Assembly (NCBI GenBank): GCA_964035545.1
Contig: OZ037766.1
Location: 23,734,767 to 23,798,766 of the forward strand
Length of the DNA: 64,000 nt
Direction of reading: 5' to 3'
Source: Bugula neritina
Lineage: Eukaryota > Animalia > Bryozoa
Positions 1 through 64,000 of the stretch are shown here, in pieces (positions within the stretch are counted from its first letter, which is position 1; each line of letters opens with the position of its first letter). The notes beneath the pieces were generated by a model. That model had not been told where the DNA came from. It saw nothing but the letters and a program-made list of their open reading frames with translations, and made no database searches. A program made the position numbers and the translations under genes.

Positions 1-209
1 CATCACACGTAACCAGATACAACAAATTAATAAAATGGTTTATCACTGCTATATACCCTGCAGGAATATGCTTACTGTTCAACTACTATATTTGATTTCA
101 AACTTTACTACGAAAAAGTGTTGGCTTATGTAAAAATATCGATACTGAAATGCAAGTTTTTCTGATTGTCAAAACAGCTTAGCTGAGAGATGCTTTCTCT
201 CCAGAGAGG

Positions 210-51830
<51,621 letters not shown>

Positions 51831-53176
51831 CCCGGGCAGTCTGTTATTTCAATACCAATAAAGTAATATCTATAGAGCTGCAAAAAGCACCTGCTATATA
51901 TCAACAGGTATCTGTAGCTAGAAGTGAATGATAACTAGCGAGACTCCAAGGTAAAGATATGTCTACACAGGAGTGGATATATTTCTCTTGAAATATAATG
52001 GAATAGAACATATGCAAGTAAGACATGAACAGAATTATTTCAACAATTTATAAGAAATCTGAAATTTAACGTTACACTTCACAAAAAACTTACTCTTTTC
52101 TGTATGAATTTTGCATGCAATTTTTGAGCAACCCCTACAATACCGTATATTTATCCACCACTATAAGTAATCAGTTCGAATGGTGAATCTGAAGAAAGCG
52201 GTACAGTGTTATCATTTGTTTACACTATTTCTTTGTGAAATTGGACTACAGGCTTCAACCAAGTAACGGAAATATGCACACCTTGATACTTTTTATAAGA
52301 TTTGTTTTGAGAATTGCGTAAGATAATGCAAGGATTGAAAAGATGTCTTACTATGAGCTGATAAAAAGAGTTTAGTTTGAAAGTAGTGAGAGCAAGATGA
52401 GAGCGCAGAAGCACATTAATTTTATATTTCAGAATTTAGCATACTGAAGAAAAGCTCTTTACAATTACAGCTTGAGTCTTGCTGATGCCTAATTTCTATT
52501 ATTTATGGTGCTGACTTAGCACAGACAAACAGAACTTTTCTAAAGAATTAAACAGAAATCAGAGATCAATACTCTTACATAAAACTAGCTTTTTGCTTGT
52601 TGGAAAAATTAAAGCCATGTTTTACATGTTTTGATCGTAATTAAAAAGTTGAACAAAGCAAAGCTGACATCTTTAACCAAAGCTGCATCACCATAGCAAC
52701 TGTGAACTAAACATTGTCCAAGTGGCAGCTTAATTTCAACATAAAAAGTAAAGACAAAAGTATATATTTCTTAACATGAAAGATTTATATAAGAGTATTT
52801 ACAAAAAGAGAATGTCACTGATAACAATATAAGAAATGAACATGTAAGTACAATAAACATTAACGACAAGATTGGAAAAAATTAACAATTGCAAAATATT
52901 ATAAATGCATGTATATCACTGTTGCATTATTTTCAATAAGAAAAGATGTAGTTTTACAGAATGATTAGGAATACTCTCAAATATGCTGAATTAAACCTTA
53001 TTTACAAAATCAGGAGAAACTTTAAAACTAGCCTTAGAGTCTTTGGAGTCCAATTAGCGTGACTAGTGTGACGGTTTAGTAACGCCCGATACATGAAAAG
53101 TAGTATATAAAGTGTCATCACCGAACACGATATCCTTGAGTTATAACGCAGAAGAAATACCTGAGAGATCACTGGT

Positions 53177-56100
53177 TTACTCCATGAGGAAATTCTCCAG
53201 GTCACTCTGAAATCAGAAAAGGTTTATAAAAAAAGCGAAATACATGCATTTGTAATCTTACATTACAGCTACTAGAAGGCAAAACAGACACATAAATACA
53301 ATATGATGGCAAAAACACATATCCGAGATTTACCATTTACATGAACATACTAGAATAACTAGAATGAAACACACCTGTTCCAAAAATACCCAGTTTACAG
53401 AAATAACAACTAGCAACTTATTCACAAACTATAACTCAAGAAATGAAATAATCTGTTGAAGGCAAATCTGCAGACTGGAAAACTTAAAAGAACAGTGCAG
53501 CACTGCAGATAACCTCTACTCACCTCATCTGCTCCTTCGGCGCCATCTATGAGGAGTTCACTCGGGGCAGGAAGTCTCATGGTTAGCTTGGGACGAGCAC
53601 GAGATGGGGAGATGAGGGTGGCGTCCCCGTGTTCAGAGAGAATACTTGCACCAAGTCTACCACCAGCGTCTGAGCCCTGGCCAGAACCTGTGATGAATGA
53701 ACATATTACGGGATGATTAACGTGCTTTGTGATATTTTCCTATACATTCACCAACCCAGCGATATCTAACTAAACACAGAAACACACACAAACTAAAGTG
53801 ATCCTGAAAACCAATTATTTCAAACTGCCTTAGCTATATTTTTATAATAAAGTTAAAAAACAGCTGTGGTCTAGGGGTTACAGTGTTTGCTTAGTAAACA
53901 TGAAATGATGGGTTCGAATCCCAGTAAAGGCCATTGGTGATGTTAGGAAAAGCATCCAGTCATAATTGCTCCTGTGCCTCATCTGAATAAGTCCTTAGCC
54001 CACTTTAAAAAGCCCTTTCCACCAAGGGTTTCTCACAGAAATGGTGACTGTAAACTTGCGTGAGTTAGCTTTGTTTGTTTGGAAATTGCCAAAATCACAA
54101 AAAAACTAGGACCTTTCAAAGTTACATTACAAACAGACTACACAATTGTGTAAGATAGACAACATTGTGTTGATATGAAGCATCAGAGAGTAGAATTAGA
54201 ATGCTACCAGTCTAAATATCTCCATATGAGTTTCACCTCCCTTTGCCCTGAGTGTGGCTAACATAAGGAAGGTAAGGTGACTTGTGCAAAAGCCAACATC
54301 AAATATAATAATAATTATCGATTAGTCAACTTTAAACTGATAAGAGTAAAATCAGTAACAATAGTAACAATAGTGACAGTGAGATGAATGTTCTACCTGT
54401 AGAAAGAACGGACATACTGCAACTGACACTGGCCACATCATCCTCCTGTGGTGGTGCTTGTCTGGCTTTGATAGCTGTAGAGGCGAGAGGGCCGGCTTGT
54501 CGGTTGGCCGGTGTACGAGCCCCTGGAGAAAGCAGCAGATTAGTTGACAGACAGCAAGTAAAACACAAGAAACCCCCCACTGTAGGATGATTCTGCACAA
54601 ACAGCAAGGGAACGATAAAGGCCGACCAAAAGCTAACAGCTCTTGTAGAATATAAGGATATGACATAACTTCCTTTAGTATATTACCAATACACCATCAT
54701 TTAACAAGCGACAACTAGTTCAAGGCACTGAAATACATGAAGTAAAACTAAAACTTGAGACAATGTAACACTTGCCTTGTCTCCTGCCCCTGGGCCTACT
54801 CACAGACGTGCTAGCAATAGACCGAGTATCATCGTCATTAACCAGTAGAGCTCTGTAATTGTTAAGGGGGGCCCATTCGTCTCCCCGATGGGGCGGTAGG
54901 TTAGCCATATGTTTATCCAAGTACATGCCTCTGAATAAATTAGAGGTAAGTTTTGTCTCACACAAACATAGACCAGGAAGCTAACTAAAAACTAAATAAT
55001 TTAGTATGATAGGCATATTATAACGCATCACAACTGTTTTGTGTCTGGTATGTTCATGTAAGCTTTGGAACATGTTAAAACTCTGTTTACAAATTTCAGA
55101 AAAAATTAATGCAAACTGATTAGTAATTTGTAAGAAACTCTTAAAACATGAAATATAAAAAATGCTAATGCCATGTTCACACCGTACAACTTTAGATAAC
55201 AGATAGAGGTAATAAGAGCAAACATGTGAACTAAACATTACAAGGGATAATTTCAATACCAAATAGTACTCTGCGACATAATAGTTGTCAAGTTGAAGCA
55301 TAGAAAAACTAGTTATAATCAAGGAAGTTGCAAGAACTTCCTGATGAGATTTGTGCCATGTCACCATAGAGAGATCTAAACACTTAAAGACATCTTCGAT
55401 AAAATCATCAGTGATGATAAGTTATCAGTAGTGATACCTAGGGTGGCGTGAGTTATTACACACAATGCGCTTTTACAAAATGTCTTTACTCTGTGAAATA
55501 CTGATTATGTTGCAACGTGAGAGAACTGCGATTGACTAGGGCTTACAATGACCAAAATTCTCTTCATAGAAATGGCCGATACTTTGAGACATGAATAAAC
55601 GATTATCATACGTTGAGTTACCTTCTCCAATGTGCAATACATGTCAACTTACCCAGTACCCAAGTTCACATCATCAAACTACCTTCCTAGAGGTGAGAGG
55701 CTAGAAGAAATTAATCCAAGTAAAATAGAAAGAGACATGAATAAAGTAACTTACACAACTTTTCGATCTTGTTTGATCAGCTTGTTGACAAATTCGCAGA
55801 GTACATCCAGGAAGGAGAGATTTGGAGGAACACCGAGTTCGTCACCAGCTTGCTTTCGCAAAGCGAAGCCTATACCTTGCCTAGAAAATAGAGGGAATTT
55901 CCAGTGTCACTAACAGTATAATATGAAATACTAGCATTAGAAAGTGTACAATGATATAATGTACTACAATGTACTATAATATAATATAATATACTATCCT
56001 ATAATATAATATACTATAAAATAATATACTGCAAAATAATATAGCATACTATAAAATACTATCATAATGTAAAATAACATAATATACTATAAAAAATAAT

Positions 56101-59100
56101 ATAAAATGCCTTAAAATACCATTATATAATTTCATAAGAAAATATCATACAATAAAAAAATATGATTTAATGTTAATACATCTCCAATATGCAAATTACT
56201 GATTATAAATAATTGTTGGTTACCAAAATGCAAAAACCACGAAAGCAGTACATCTACTGTTCTGTCAACACATACGCTGCTGACCTACCAAATACTGCCA
56301 ATCTATTTAATGCTGCTAATATATAAGGACACTAATAGCCATAGCACAAACAACCCACAAGATGCCATCAACCCATATAACACCAAATATTTTACAAACT
56401 AGTCAGCAAACTTACTTGTGAAGAGCTGCCACAGCTTCTCGGTTCTTCACCTGATCAAGACCAAAAGTCAGCGTGAATCTACGAGCCAAATCACGTATAA
56501 CACCAAATTTTTCATTTCTTGAATCGATTGATCCACCATTGTCTTCCGCCACCTCCTCATATAGCTAGACAGAGTGGGAAAACTTACAAACGGTAGAAGT
56601 ACTATGGCTGAGCCAAATCAAGAGAATAACTATTGGGGGCAGCACATTGAAAGACATAAGCAAAATACTATTGAAAAAGTATTTTGTAATTCTTGCTAAA
56701 ATAGTATCACGAATAAAGATAGAAAATTACATAGCACTTTATGATCTATACAACATACTATCAAACTTATATAACAAGTTGGAACTACAAATTTGATATA
56801 GAAAAACAGTGTTATATGCAATTATTACCTTGGCGAGGGACATAGCTAGAGTCTGTGCTGTATTCACTTTAGAAATCTCTCTACACTTTGTTAGAGTGTA
56901 TTTAATTATGTCACCATAGTCGTTGTAGAACTACAATCATAATTAATAGAAATATCTATCAAAATACCTGCACGGGTGTTTCTGCAAACATTTACAATAA
57001 AGTCATAATTCTAATTGAAAGTGAAAAATGAATTTAAAAACCCCAACACTCGCTCTATTTTACTAGCAGGCTGAAAGCTTCCTCAGGTTCTTTAGTATTG
57101 CTGAAGTTATGCTCTCTTTCTTATAGCATATAATACATGAACTAACTTTAGCATGCTGATATAAGGAAACTCTATCTTTTGCTGATGGAGCACAATTAAT
57201 TTTTTATTTCTCACAGAAATCAGGTGGCAACTTTTTCTATGATTTCACTGCTAATAATCACAGGGATCTTTATGAAGTAATGCAAACATGCTGGGTGAAA
57301 AAGATATATTTATATAGGTGACAAACTTACTATCAACTGATATATAATGGTGGACAATGGTTTTACACGCCCTGATAAACAGCGTGATAGCCATTATGAT
57401 ACATACGTTGGCATACCAACGCAAAAGCTATAGTTTATCAGCTAGGACAAACAAACCCTAAGTAGTGAGTGGTAGGTTCAAACTTCGCCCCATACATTTG
57501 AAAAAAAGTATACAAGTAGAACAGCTAAGCATACTTCTGATGTAGAAGGAAAAATTTACTCCTAGTGTTTCACAAACTGATAACTGATAAAAAACATTGA
57601 ACTAAGAATATATTAACTTTTACCAAATGAGTAGAGCCAATAAACATAACTTAGTGGAAAGAAAACATTCAATTAACATTATACTTTGTTTGCTAGAAAC
57701 AAACACAATATAAGGAAACACCGTACCCACCTTGACGTAGTTTTTGAATATCTCTATAGCATTGTTGATAGGCACGATGTTACAGGTGACCAGCTTGGCA
57801 AAGGCAGCTAGTCGTCTTCTCTTGTTATGCATTTCATCTATTTTATCATTATCATCAGTTGTGTCTACAAATGGGAGCATTTAGTTGCAACAACACAGCA
57901 TGCAGGCAGTTCCACTCTTACATGGTCTATAGCTTTGTGGAATCAAGCAATGTTAAAGGTCATCTAGCATTCCAAAACCAGTAGTAATTCTAACTTTAGC
58001 CACATTTTATTAAACTGTAAGAACAAATATAATACAAATCAGAAAGGTAAAAACATCCCAAACGGATATTATTCTATATAACCATACCTAACACATTCAT
58101 CGAAGTTCTGTACACACAAAATATATTTTACTAAGGAATAGATTTTCCTAATAAGTAATTTGAGTAATTTGACTTGAAAGGGAGATATTTTCAAACTGGT
58201 GGACTGGAAATTATTATAAGCCCAATTCAAGTAGTAGTTTCTTTAGAAAGGATAAATATGAAATTATAAGTTATACATTTTGCCTTACCATTAAATGTAA
58301 AGGGAATTGGGTATAAGGAAATGGGAATAATGAGAATTGCTTAGAATGGTAACTATAGCACATCATATACTTGACATCTAGCAGTGTGAAGCTGAGTGTT
58401 GCATAACCACAGTTACACCTGCTAGGGTGGTAAGAGTGAGGTAGAATGGTGAGCTCACAGGTTCACTGCTAGGGAAACAGAATGAGTGGACTATGATGAT
58501 GTGCACAACTTGGGTTTGCTAACCATTCGAATAAGATACTTTACCAATTTCAATAAAATACTACGTAGTCTGTAGCTGTGGTAGCTACCAGAAACAATAC
58601 AGCTCAGTGTATCTATTTGATTGAACCCTGTTAGGACTATGGCTAGAATGAAATATATAAAAGCAGCAGCGGCAGCAGTAGAAGAATGATGTCGTCTGTA
58701 TGACGTACCGTCATTATCATCTGCAGTAAAGATGTATTCTGTAAGAAAGGAGCAGAGTTGTCTCTGCAGATCTTCATTAGCTTCATAGACTAGGGGTTCA
58801 AGGGCCGGATACAGAACAGCAATCTGGGGGCTGAACACCACTAGCAGATCACATACTGTTACAAAAGTCTAAAACAGAATAACAATATAATACAGGTACA
58901 ATAGAAGCCTATAGGTACCAGTGTTGATACTGGATATAGTCTCACTTACTAAAAACTTCTTTCTCATACAACTTTTTTTGTTACATATTAAAAAAACAAT
59001 GGTGAGTATAATAGAAATCTGATATTGAATTACTTAAACAGACTAGTACTTCGACAATACAATAGACCACTACTAAGATATGTTGGTAGATGCATGCTTG

Positions 59101-62100
59101 TATTTACATGTTTATCTTTCCTATTCTATAGCATGTTTAGCTGCAGTAGTAATGGCCTGGCCTCACACTCGTGAGAATCACACAAAGCTCGTGTGACGAT
59201 TTTCGTGAGTTATCCTCTCGTTATGACTAGCGACACACTCGTCGGACAAAATACATAATAAATAGTCCGTGAATTAGTCTGGCACGAGATACAAACAGCA
59301 GAAAATTGCCAAACAGAGAAACGTGACAGAAATGAAATAGTTACTGTTGCTAAAATTCTATTGACCAATCAAATGGTGCTTATCGTTAATTGCGATATTC
59401 ATCGGTCATCTTCGTTGGGTGCACTCAACAAAGACGATTTCGTTTGAATTACCTCAAATTTGATCGTACGTCTGTGTTTTCATGTCAAAAAAAAGGATTT
59501 CGTGTGATTCTCACAAGTGTGTGGCTAGGCTTTTATAGTTAATTTCGTAATTGGAAGGTTAGACTGTGAACCAACCTCACAAGTAAAGGGTTAGACTGTG
59601 AACTAACCGCACAAGTAGAAGGTTAGACCGTTAACCAACCTCACAAGTAGAGGGCTAGACTGTGAACCAGCCTCACAAGTAAAGGGTTAGACTGTGAACT
59701 AACCGCACAAGTAGGTTAGACTGTGAACCAACCTCACAAGTAGAGGGTTAGACTGTGAACCAACCTCACAAGTAGAGGGTTAGACCGTTAACCAACCTCA
59801 CAAGTAGAGGGTTAGACTGTGAACCAACCTCACAAGTAGAGGGCTAGACTGTGAACCAGCCTCACAAGTAAAGAGCTAGATGGTAAACCAACCTCACAGA
59901 GTGTCATGGCGTTGGCAGTCAACAGCAACTCCTGCAAAACTTTCATGAAGCTGGTTGACTTCTTCTTGAGAGACTTGAGCTCAGACTTGTCTGGACTCTT
60001 GTTGTCCATAGACTTGAGCATCCAGAGTAGCATGTTGGCTCCCATGCTGATCATAGACACCACTATCTGCAAGATAAAAGGAACTGTAACCTTCTATAAG
60101 TGTTAATTTTCAAGAATATAAAATTGATTTTCAACAGTAAACAATCAAAATTGAAAAAAATATAAAAAAACTTACTTACTGTCTACTTTAGATTAACAAA
60201 TGGCATATTTTTTACCATTTATACAAGATATACAGTTTAACGAAACTGATTCAATAAGCAAAAACAATTCAAAATAAAAAGACTTGTACTGCAGTCACAT
60301 ATTTAAAGACTTGATGAGTAAAAGTGTAAGAATTGACGAATTAAAAAGCTGCTCTCTGAAGCTGGCCAGTAACAGCTCACCTCATCTGGCACTTTACTGG
60401 CCTTCTTCAGAGTTCTCATCACACTCTCCCATATGTCTATGATGGTGGTGGTATGCACAGCGTGGATGGCGGAGAAAGAGTGGAGCTTCTTAGTGGCAGA
60501 GTAGAGACTGTATATGGCTTCGTCACTCGAGTCTCCCTGAAAAATGGTAAACATAAATGGTGGTTTGCTATGGTCAACCACAGAAATAGAGCTCTTATAT
60601 AAACGGTGCTGGGATGGATATACAGGGTGTTGGCGGTTATTTACAAAAAAACAGGAGTATGCTAAATGAGTAGAAAGAGCTGACAAAATTACATCCTATT
60701 ATATCATCCTTAACTGTAGGCTGACATAAATGCTGGTTCAAATATCTGCAAAGTGCAACTACAGTGCTATTTAATCCAATCAAATCATTAAAACTGTTTT
60801 GTGCATTTGTGCAATATGATGTATAGGTTTATTTCTGGCCACTTAGCAAGGTTACTACCTATAGTGAAGGTTAACATTAAGTGACAGACATAGTTTCCAA
60901 CAGCATTATATGTCATGGCAAATAGCAATAGAGAACAAGTTAGTTTATTAGCACAGTAGCACATACTAAATTGATCACTTTAACACAAATTACTGTGAAA
61001 TGAAAACTAGAAAGTGAACAAGAAAACTAAATAGCACAAATATTTTTCTATAACATGGGAAAGAGAAAGTGGCTTGTGAAAAATTCACTGTTAACCTACT
61101 GTAGTAATACTCAGTCTACTGTAGTAATACTCAGTCTACTGTAGTAATACTAAGTCTACTGTAGCAACACTCCGTTTACATTACAGATGGCGCAATGATG
61201 TCCACAGATTGTAAGATGATAATTTTCACTTACCTCTTCAATGCAGAGTAGCCAGGCATCTTTATATTTTGTAATAAGGCTATCCACCAATGAGCTCTTC
61301 GCTAGGTCTACTTTAGCAAATGTAGAATACTGATCGTTGCAGAAGTAGTCAAACACATCGGCACAAGCTTGCAATGTCTGCAGCAATACAAATAGGAATT
61401 CCAAACTTATAAATATAGAGGAGAAAATTACCAATTCTGAAGCATAGATTTTTTCAAAACAGTGGAAAACATAATATAAATATCATTGTCATTTATTAAA
61501 TGATTAATACCTATTAAAGAGCTTGTCTATGTTAAAAATATGTTAAAAATATTATGTTAAAATATTGTCATCTAGTTAATAGGCATAATCAATAAAGATT
61601 ATAATATCACATTTTTATAGTGAACGAATATCAGTTATACCTCTCTGCAATTCTTCAGATGTTTGACTCATTCGTCTCACACTAACCAATCAAAGAGAGG
61701 CACACTTACGGACTGATCACTCTGTTTTTCCACAAGATCTCTGAGCATGTTGAGAAGGTGGTGAAGATGCTTTTCCTTTCTGCTCTTAGTGTAGACATCA
61801 AGGTCAAAATGAGTGGCAATCTTGAGCAGGTGGTTTATGTTCTCTTTCTCCGATCCAAACTGCAGATAAAGACTTAATCAAACGTATTTCTCGTGATGAC
61901 ATAGACATACACATTTGTTGGTGACAGGCAGGCAAGTTTCTTTAAATTTGGTTTTTATAAAATAAATTCTGTTACACATCTAAAGATACTATTTTTTCAA
62001 ATAATTGATAAGATCTCTCTCTACAGATCGCTACTAGTAGCTGTTCTGCTGCATGTGATCTGTTGAACTCTGTGACATGTAGGTAGTCGAGTATTCAGAC

Positions 62101-63750
62101 AATCTTATGCCCCGAGACTAGCTCACTTAAATATTACTAAAAAAAGCTAATTGTCAATAAACAAAGTTTATCAAAATTGTTTGAGTTCGAAATGTTATGA
62201 GTTCCACACTGAAGTATACGGGCCCCAGCCTTTGCAGCAAGCCATCATCATACAATGGCCAAATGTCTTGCCAAGGCGAATGTTTTTAATTCTCTATGAC
62301 AGCAATTTATTTTAGCTGTAAAAATAGTTAAAATACGTGTAAAGTTTCAACTACTTTAAAAAACGTAGCTGAGTTTCTAATAACTGGCTAATATTGAGAT
62401 CCATCTATCGACTTAGCACATAGCAACTACAGGTAAAAGCTAACACATGCCTTTGACAAAAGTGCCGGCAGAGCCTCAATAAAATGCTCCGTCATGTCGT
62501 ATTTGTCATCTCTAGCTTGTTTCTGTTCCTTGCCAGTGAGTTTTCTGTGGGCAGCACCACGGCCAGGTGGGTACTCCCCCGTAGCGGCTTGATGCACACA
62601 ACATGACATTATGTCTATGAGTCTAGACTCCTGGTCCTGCGTTAGTGCTGAGGAATAGAAACAGAACCTTAATAAAAGTTATAGACACATTTGCCTTTGG
62701 TTAGGTTGGTAAATTAATCATAGATGGAAACAAAGGTTATTGGTTTGGTTGAGAAATAAGCAACACCAGAGAGCAGCTCTGGGAAGTTTATTAAAAACAA
62801 ATTGAACCCTTGCAGCCTCAACCCACTTAGTTAGTTTAGTATTTAGCCTTCCACTCCAGGGTTAGTCTGATATTGGAGGAGATAAAGTTTCACTTGACAC
62901 TTTTAAGTGAAAATGAAAGAGTTTAAACTAAGCTATATGCATATTGGTGTCCATCATATAACATGCGGCTGACAATATTATAAACAATATATTATTAATA
63001 ATATACAGAGAACAAAGTATAGAGAAATGATCTCAGCTTTATGGATGATCAACTTCTTAGTCTAAACTCTAAACCATCAGCTACAACTAGCAATAACTTG
63101 CAGAAACTTGTAAAGTTGCGTTTATACCTCTGCTGAAAAAAGTACTGATTTTTAGTTAATTTCACTCGTTCAAGTACCTGTTTATAGTTTTACTGAAACT
63201 CGGTAAAATCATATTGATGCGGAAGTTCACTTTTTAATAGTGGAATATGACTCGCTTAATCGCTATTTGATACCCATTAAAAGCGTAGTAAATTAGTAAA
63301 GTTGGCAGCATAAAATCGATAATTGGAAGGCGTAGTCTCGATACAATTATAAACATAGAAGCACGTCATCTTGTCGTTTAAGTCATAATTAAATACCGAT
63401 GTCTACAAGGAGTTATTACTCCTTTTGAGTATTATTCTGAACTTGGCCGATTAAGTTATCACAGTAGAACAATTTTAACGAGTGGCTTTTACAATGCAAT
63501 GCAACTCAGTAAAATTTCAAACGACCAAATTAAATTTCTGACTGAAAATCGTGAAGGTATAAACGCAACTTAAGAAGCTGGGTAGGAATAGTAAAGTGAA
63601 TCTACTATTGGTTGTAGTGATGAGTAAAAGTCACATACCTTCATCAGTGGCTGACTCATCTAGCAGTAACTCAGTCATTGCCTTCCAGTCCTTGAGCATT
63701 GGGTTGATGTCCCACAAAGAGTCCACCAGGTATGTGGCATGCTCGTGTAA
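53177..63750 (-). CDS. STAG1: Cohesin subunit SA (stromalin / STAG1-2 orthologue), 3' half; 5' part lies beyond the window
   Basis: Exons 63639-63750, 62451-62647, 61710-61859, 61234-61377, 60381-60536, 59893-60066, 58709-58868, 57731-57864, 56829-56930, 56416-56564, 55755-55880, 54776-54930, 54397-54522, 53524-53687, 53177-53206 (TAA). Recognisable STAG motifs: [63 protein letters not shown]. Paralogue number not resolvable. Confidence 0.93.
53861..54066 (+). mobile_element. tRNA-derived SINE
   Basis: A-box-like TGGTCTAGGGG, B box GGTTCGAATCC, body GGCCATTGGTGATGTTAGGAA..AATTGCTCCTGTG shared with other copies in the window. Confidence 0.8.
59155..59530. mobile_element. MITE in STAG intron
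   Basis: Imperfect TIRs GCCTGGCCTCACACTCGTGAGAATCACAC / GTGTGATTCTCACAAGTGTGTGGCTAGGC, similar in style to the 9639 MITE. Confidence 0.7.
59558..59898. repeat. 32-bp minisatellite, about 10 copies, at a STAG splice donor
   Basis: Unit AACCAACCTCACAAGTAGAGGGTTAGACTGTG. Confidence 0.93.
61096..61164. repeat. 20-bp tandem repeat, about 3.5 copies
   Basis: CTACTGTAGTAATACTCAGT. Confidence 0.9.
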
Positions 63751-64000
63751 CTGTTTATAATAGTGAATACAATATAATATAATATAATAAATAACAATAA
63801 ATAAATAAAAGCAATAATAGTGAAAATAATTTGATATTTTAATGTAGAGAAATAACCATGTCAATGTTGAAGAGTAGTTTACTTAAAAAATAAAAATTCA
63901 AGACAAACATATAGCATTAAAAATTTTGATTATTATATAGTATTTTGGTAGTTTGACTACATATGGCTTGTCAAAAGTAATGTATAAAGTTATTTGGTGT

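Noticed and set aside
53861-53935. tRNA gene (also near 48870-48930, 49730-49800 and 6625-6690)
   Set aside because: A/B boxes are present but there is no convincing cloverleaf, and a shared non-tRNA body follows, as in SINEs.
54384-54590. Plus-strand ORF (also 55632-55913, 59906-60106, 4753-4968)
   Set aside because: Antisense shadows of real minus-strand exons.

Overview
AT-rich, intron-rich animal (invertebrate-like) genomic DNA; no prokaryotic features. It carries two minus-strand spliced genes. (1) An apparently complete gene of about 60 exons (51830->210) for a secreted protein: signal peptide, 51 single-exon EGF/cbEGF domains, two MAM domains, a Thr/Pro linker and a short C-terminal domain (roughly 2,700 aa). 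32 of the EGF exons form a homogenised exon+intron tandem array (11959-30316). (2) The 3' half of a cohesin SA/STAG gene (63750->53177) with two GC-AG introns. The EGF gene introns hold two unrelated, defective BEL/Pao LTR retrotransposons with 5-bp TSDs, a decayed RTE-like LINE, MITEs, a hAT-like element, tRNA-derived SINEs and micro/minisatellites. The main finding: neither BEL element has a tRNA-type primer-binding site (PBS). Each LTR contains a GT-AG intron, and the sequence directly after each 5' LTR is the reverse complement of the SPLICED LTR RNA across the exon junction (99/99 nt in element 1, 12/12 nt in element 2). This suggests a splicing-dependent self-priming mechanism for reverse transcription.
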